NCBI GenBank assembly: GCA_963748215.1
Contig: CAVVHS010000006.1
Location: 384,001 to 448,000, forward strand
Direction of reading: 5' to 3'
DNA: 64,000 nt
Origin: an uncultured Gammaproteobacteria bacterium
Lineage (GTDB): Bacteria > Pseudomonadota > Gammaproteobacteria > UBA9214
Part shown: one piece after another, positions 62,351-64,000 of the stretch
How positions within the stretch are numbered: the first letter of the stretch is position 1
Layout: the number at the start of each line of letters is the position of its first letter
The notes under the pieces: generated by a model
Seen by the model: the letters and a program-made list of their open reading frames with translations, nothing else
What the model was told of the DNA's origin: nothing
The model's database searches: none
Translations under genes and position numbers: made by a program

Positions 62351-63298
62351 CTACGCCGGCAGGAAATCGATGGGATAGGTGATCGTGACTTCCGATACGT
62401 CCTTGGAACCAAAGTCGAACAGCTTGACACGACTGGCGATCTTGCCACCCAGGGCGGCGTCACCCAGCTCGTTGGACACGAGGTCGCAGCGAGTGACCTT
62501 GCCGGACGGCGCGATGGTCAGGCGCAGAACGATTTTACCCTTCAGGCTGGGGTCTGCCCGCAGCGCCCGGTTGTAGACACTGTAGATCGAGCCCTTGTTA
62601 CGGTCGAAGATCATCTGGATCTCCTCGATGCTGCGACCGGCGGACTTGCTGCCCTTGCCCTTGCCGCCAACCGTGCCCGCGGGTGCGTTGCCGGTCGGGC
62701 TGTGTACCCTGGTTGTGCTGCGTCCGGACAGTTCTCCGCCGCCGGTATTGCGACTCAGGTTTGCGGTCTGGATGCCGCCGCTGCCGCGCGCGGTCCCGGC
62801 TGTGAGGATGGCCCGTTCGGTCTTTTCTGCTGAACCCACGGCCTGCGACAGGTTGCTGGTTTTCTTGAAGCTGCTGGATACCGTGTTCTGGCGCAGATCA
62901 GAGAGCGTATCACGCAAAGCCAGTAACCCCGACTGCTCCGCTTGCTGGCGGGCTGTCACCTTGGGTTTTTCGGGTACCGGCTTCTTTACCGCGACCGGCT
63001 TCTTCTTCACCGGCTTGGGGGATTCCGTCTTCTGCGGCAACGGCTCCGGCTGTTTTTTTACCGGTGCCGGTGGCGGTGGAGGTGGCGGCTTGATTTCCTC
63101 TTTCTCGAAAATCAGCTGTGCCAGGCGTGGCGTTTCCTCGATGGCCGCCCTTTCGATCTGCGGCATGGGGAGGAACGGTATGACAAGGCCCAGCACCAGT
63201 GCCACCAGCAGGTTGGTGCGTACGATACGGCTGAAACGGGTGTCATCGGGGCTTGTGGAACCCCAGGACATGCCATAGTTCAATACAATCGCAGACAT
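62351..63298 (-). CDS. TonB-like energy transducer, AgmX/GltG-type C-terminal domain
   Basis: Single TM helix, Pro/Lys-rich linker, RSIEEIQ..FDRNKG.IY..YNRALR..PSL.GK..L.LTIAPSG.V, YPIDFLP. Confidence 0.82.
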   Translation of the reverse strand: MSAIVLNYGMSWGSTSPDDTRFSRIVRTNLLVALVLGLVIPFLPMPQIERAAIEETPRLAQLIFEKEEIKPPPPPPPAPVKKQPEPLPQKTESPKPVKKKPVAVKKPVPEKPKVTARQQAEQSGLLALRDTLSDLRQNTVSSSFKKTSNLSQAVGSAEKTERAILTAGTARGSGGIQTANLSRNTGGGELSGRSTTRVHSPTGNAPAGTVGGKGKGSKSAGRSIEEIQMIFDRNKGSIYSVYNRALRADPSLKGKIVLRLTIAPSGKVTRCDLVSNELGDAALGGKIASRVKLFDFGSKDVSEVTITYPIDFLPA

Positions 63299-63300
63299 GC

Positions 63301-63801
63301 TCAGCTCTCCAGCGGCTTCTGCAGTACAGCAAGTGAAATACGGTTGAAACCGGCCTTGGTGCAGGAAGCCATGACCTTCTTCAGCAGGCGAAACGGGATT
63401 TCCCTGTCGCCCATGATGGTCGCCTCGATACGCTCACCCGTATCGCGGCCAGTGCCCAGCCTGTCGCCGGTCTGTGCGAGGAGCGCTGCCTGCAGTACCT
63501 TCGAATAATTGCCCTGCTCTTTCATGATATTGGCTACGGAGGCTATCACCTGGCCGTGCAGCAGGACGTTGTCCTCATTGACCATGATGGTGACGGTCAC
63601 GCGCGGCTGTTGTTCTGAAACGGATTCCGGTAACTCTACCGATTTGTGTGTCGGCAGGATTTCGCCATCCGAGGCGTTCACCAGCAGGAAGAAGACCAGG
63701 ATGGTGAAAATATCCATCAGCGATACGAGGTTCAGGGCCATGCCGCGCCTGTGGCGCACGTGCTGGCGGTCCATGCGCTTGGCACGTCTCGACATCTTCA
63801 T
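63301..63801 (-). CDS. ExbD/TolR family protein (AglS-like)
   Basis: LNLVSLMDIFTILVFFLLVN, IMGD..IPF.LLKKVM.SC. Confidence 0.88.
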   Translation of the reverse strand: MKMSRRAKRMDRQHVRHRRGMALNLVSLMDIFTILVFFLLVNASDGEILPTHKSVELPESVSEQQPRVTVTIMVNEDNVLLHGQVIASVANIMKEQGNYSKVLQAALLAQTGDRLGTGRDTGERIEATIMGDREIPFRLLKKVMASCTKAGFNRISLAVLQKPLES

Positions 63802-64000
63802 TTGTTTGCCACCTTCATGCGGGTATCCGGTGCATCACCGATGGATATTTCCGGGAACAGCTCGGCGCTTACGACGCTGCCGGCCTGTACCACGTGTGCA
63901 GTTCGCACATTATCCATCACCTGAACCATGGTTTCGTAATCGGTATCAGGCTCCAGCAGCAGCGTGGCGTCCAGCTTTTCGGGGAAGCGTGCCTTGACCT
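63798..64000 (-). CDS. Second ExbD/TolR family protein (5' part outside the window)
   Basis: Manual translation ...VKARFPEKLDATLLLEPDTDYETMVQVMDNVR...ELFPEISIGDAP...; ATGA overlap with the next gene. Confidence 0.8.
   Translation of the reverse strand, partial: VKARFPEKLDATLLLEPDTDYETMVQVMDNVRTAHVVQAGSVVSAELFPEISIGDAPDTRMKVANK

Overview
A GC-rich gammaproteobacterial chromosome segment, mostly core genes. The lineage (possibly a sulfur oxidiser) is inferred from gene content only. Left to right: a partial CPA2 antiporter; a c-di-GMP/adhesion island (CsgD/VpsT-like regulator, lapD-lapG, an HTH-less VpsT-like receiver protein and a decayed RTX/T1SS-adhesin tail); lolE-lolD-comEC-exbB-exbD-lpxK-trm112-kdsB with no msbA; PilZ, ankyrin and LMW-PTP genes; rne/rluC-HAD-sppA; EAL and degenerate HD-GYP genes; maf; a two-subunit pyruvate carboxylase with a frameshifted B subunit; yceD-rpmF-plsX-fabH-fabD-fabG-acpP-fabF-pabB-pabC-mltG-tmk-holB-pilZ-tatD; a beta-oxidation operon; OprI with two L,D-transpeptidases; pldA, NlpC/P60, epmC and thioredoxins; a NodIJ-like ABC exporter; and the end of an Agl/Glt-like ExbD/TonB cluster. 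No rRNA, tRNA, CRISPR array or transposase was seen. The most notable signals are: (1) a half-size sulfur oxygenase reductase-like protein that keeps putative Cys/His/His/Glu active-site residues, upstream of two thioredoxin-fold genes; (2) 48-51 bp twin-GGA-hairpin mini-elements nested inside themselves, a MITE and a REP doublet; (3) four sigma28-like promoters in front of the regulator, lapGD, the HD-GYP/EAL pair and NlpC/P60; (4) lapGD intact next to only a remnant of its adhesin. All family assignments come from motif recognition, not database searches.
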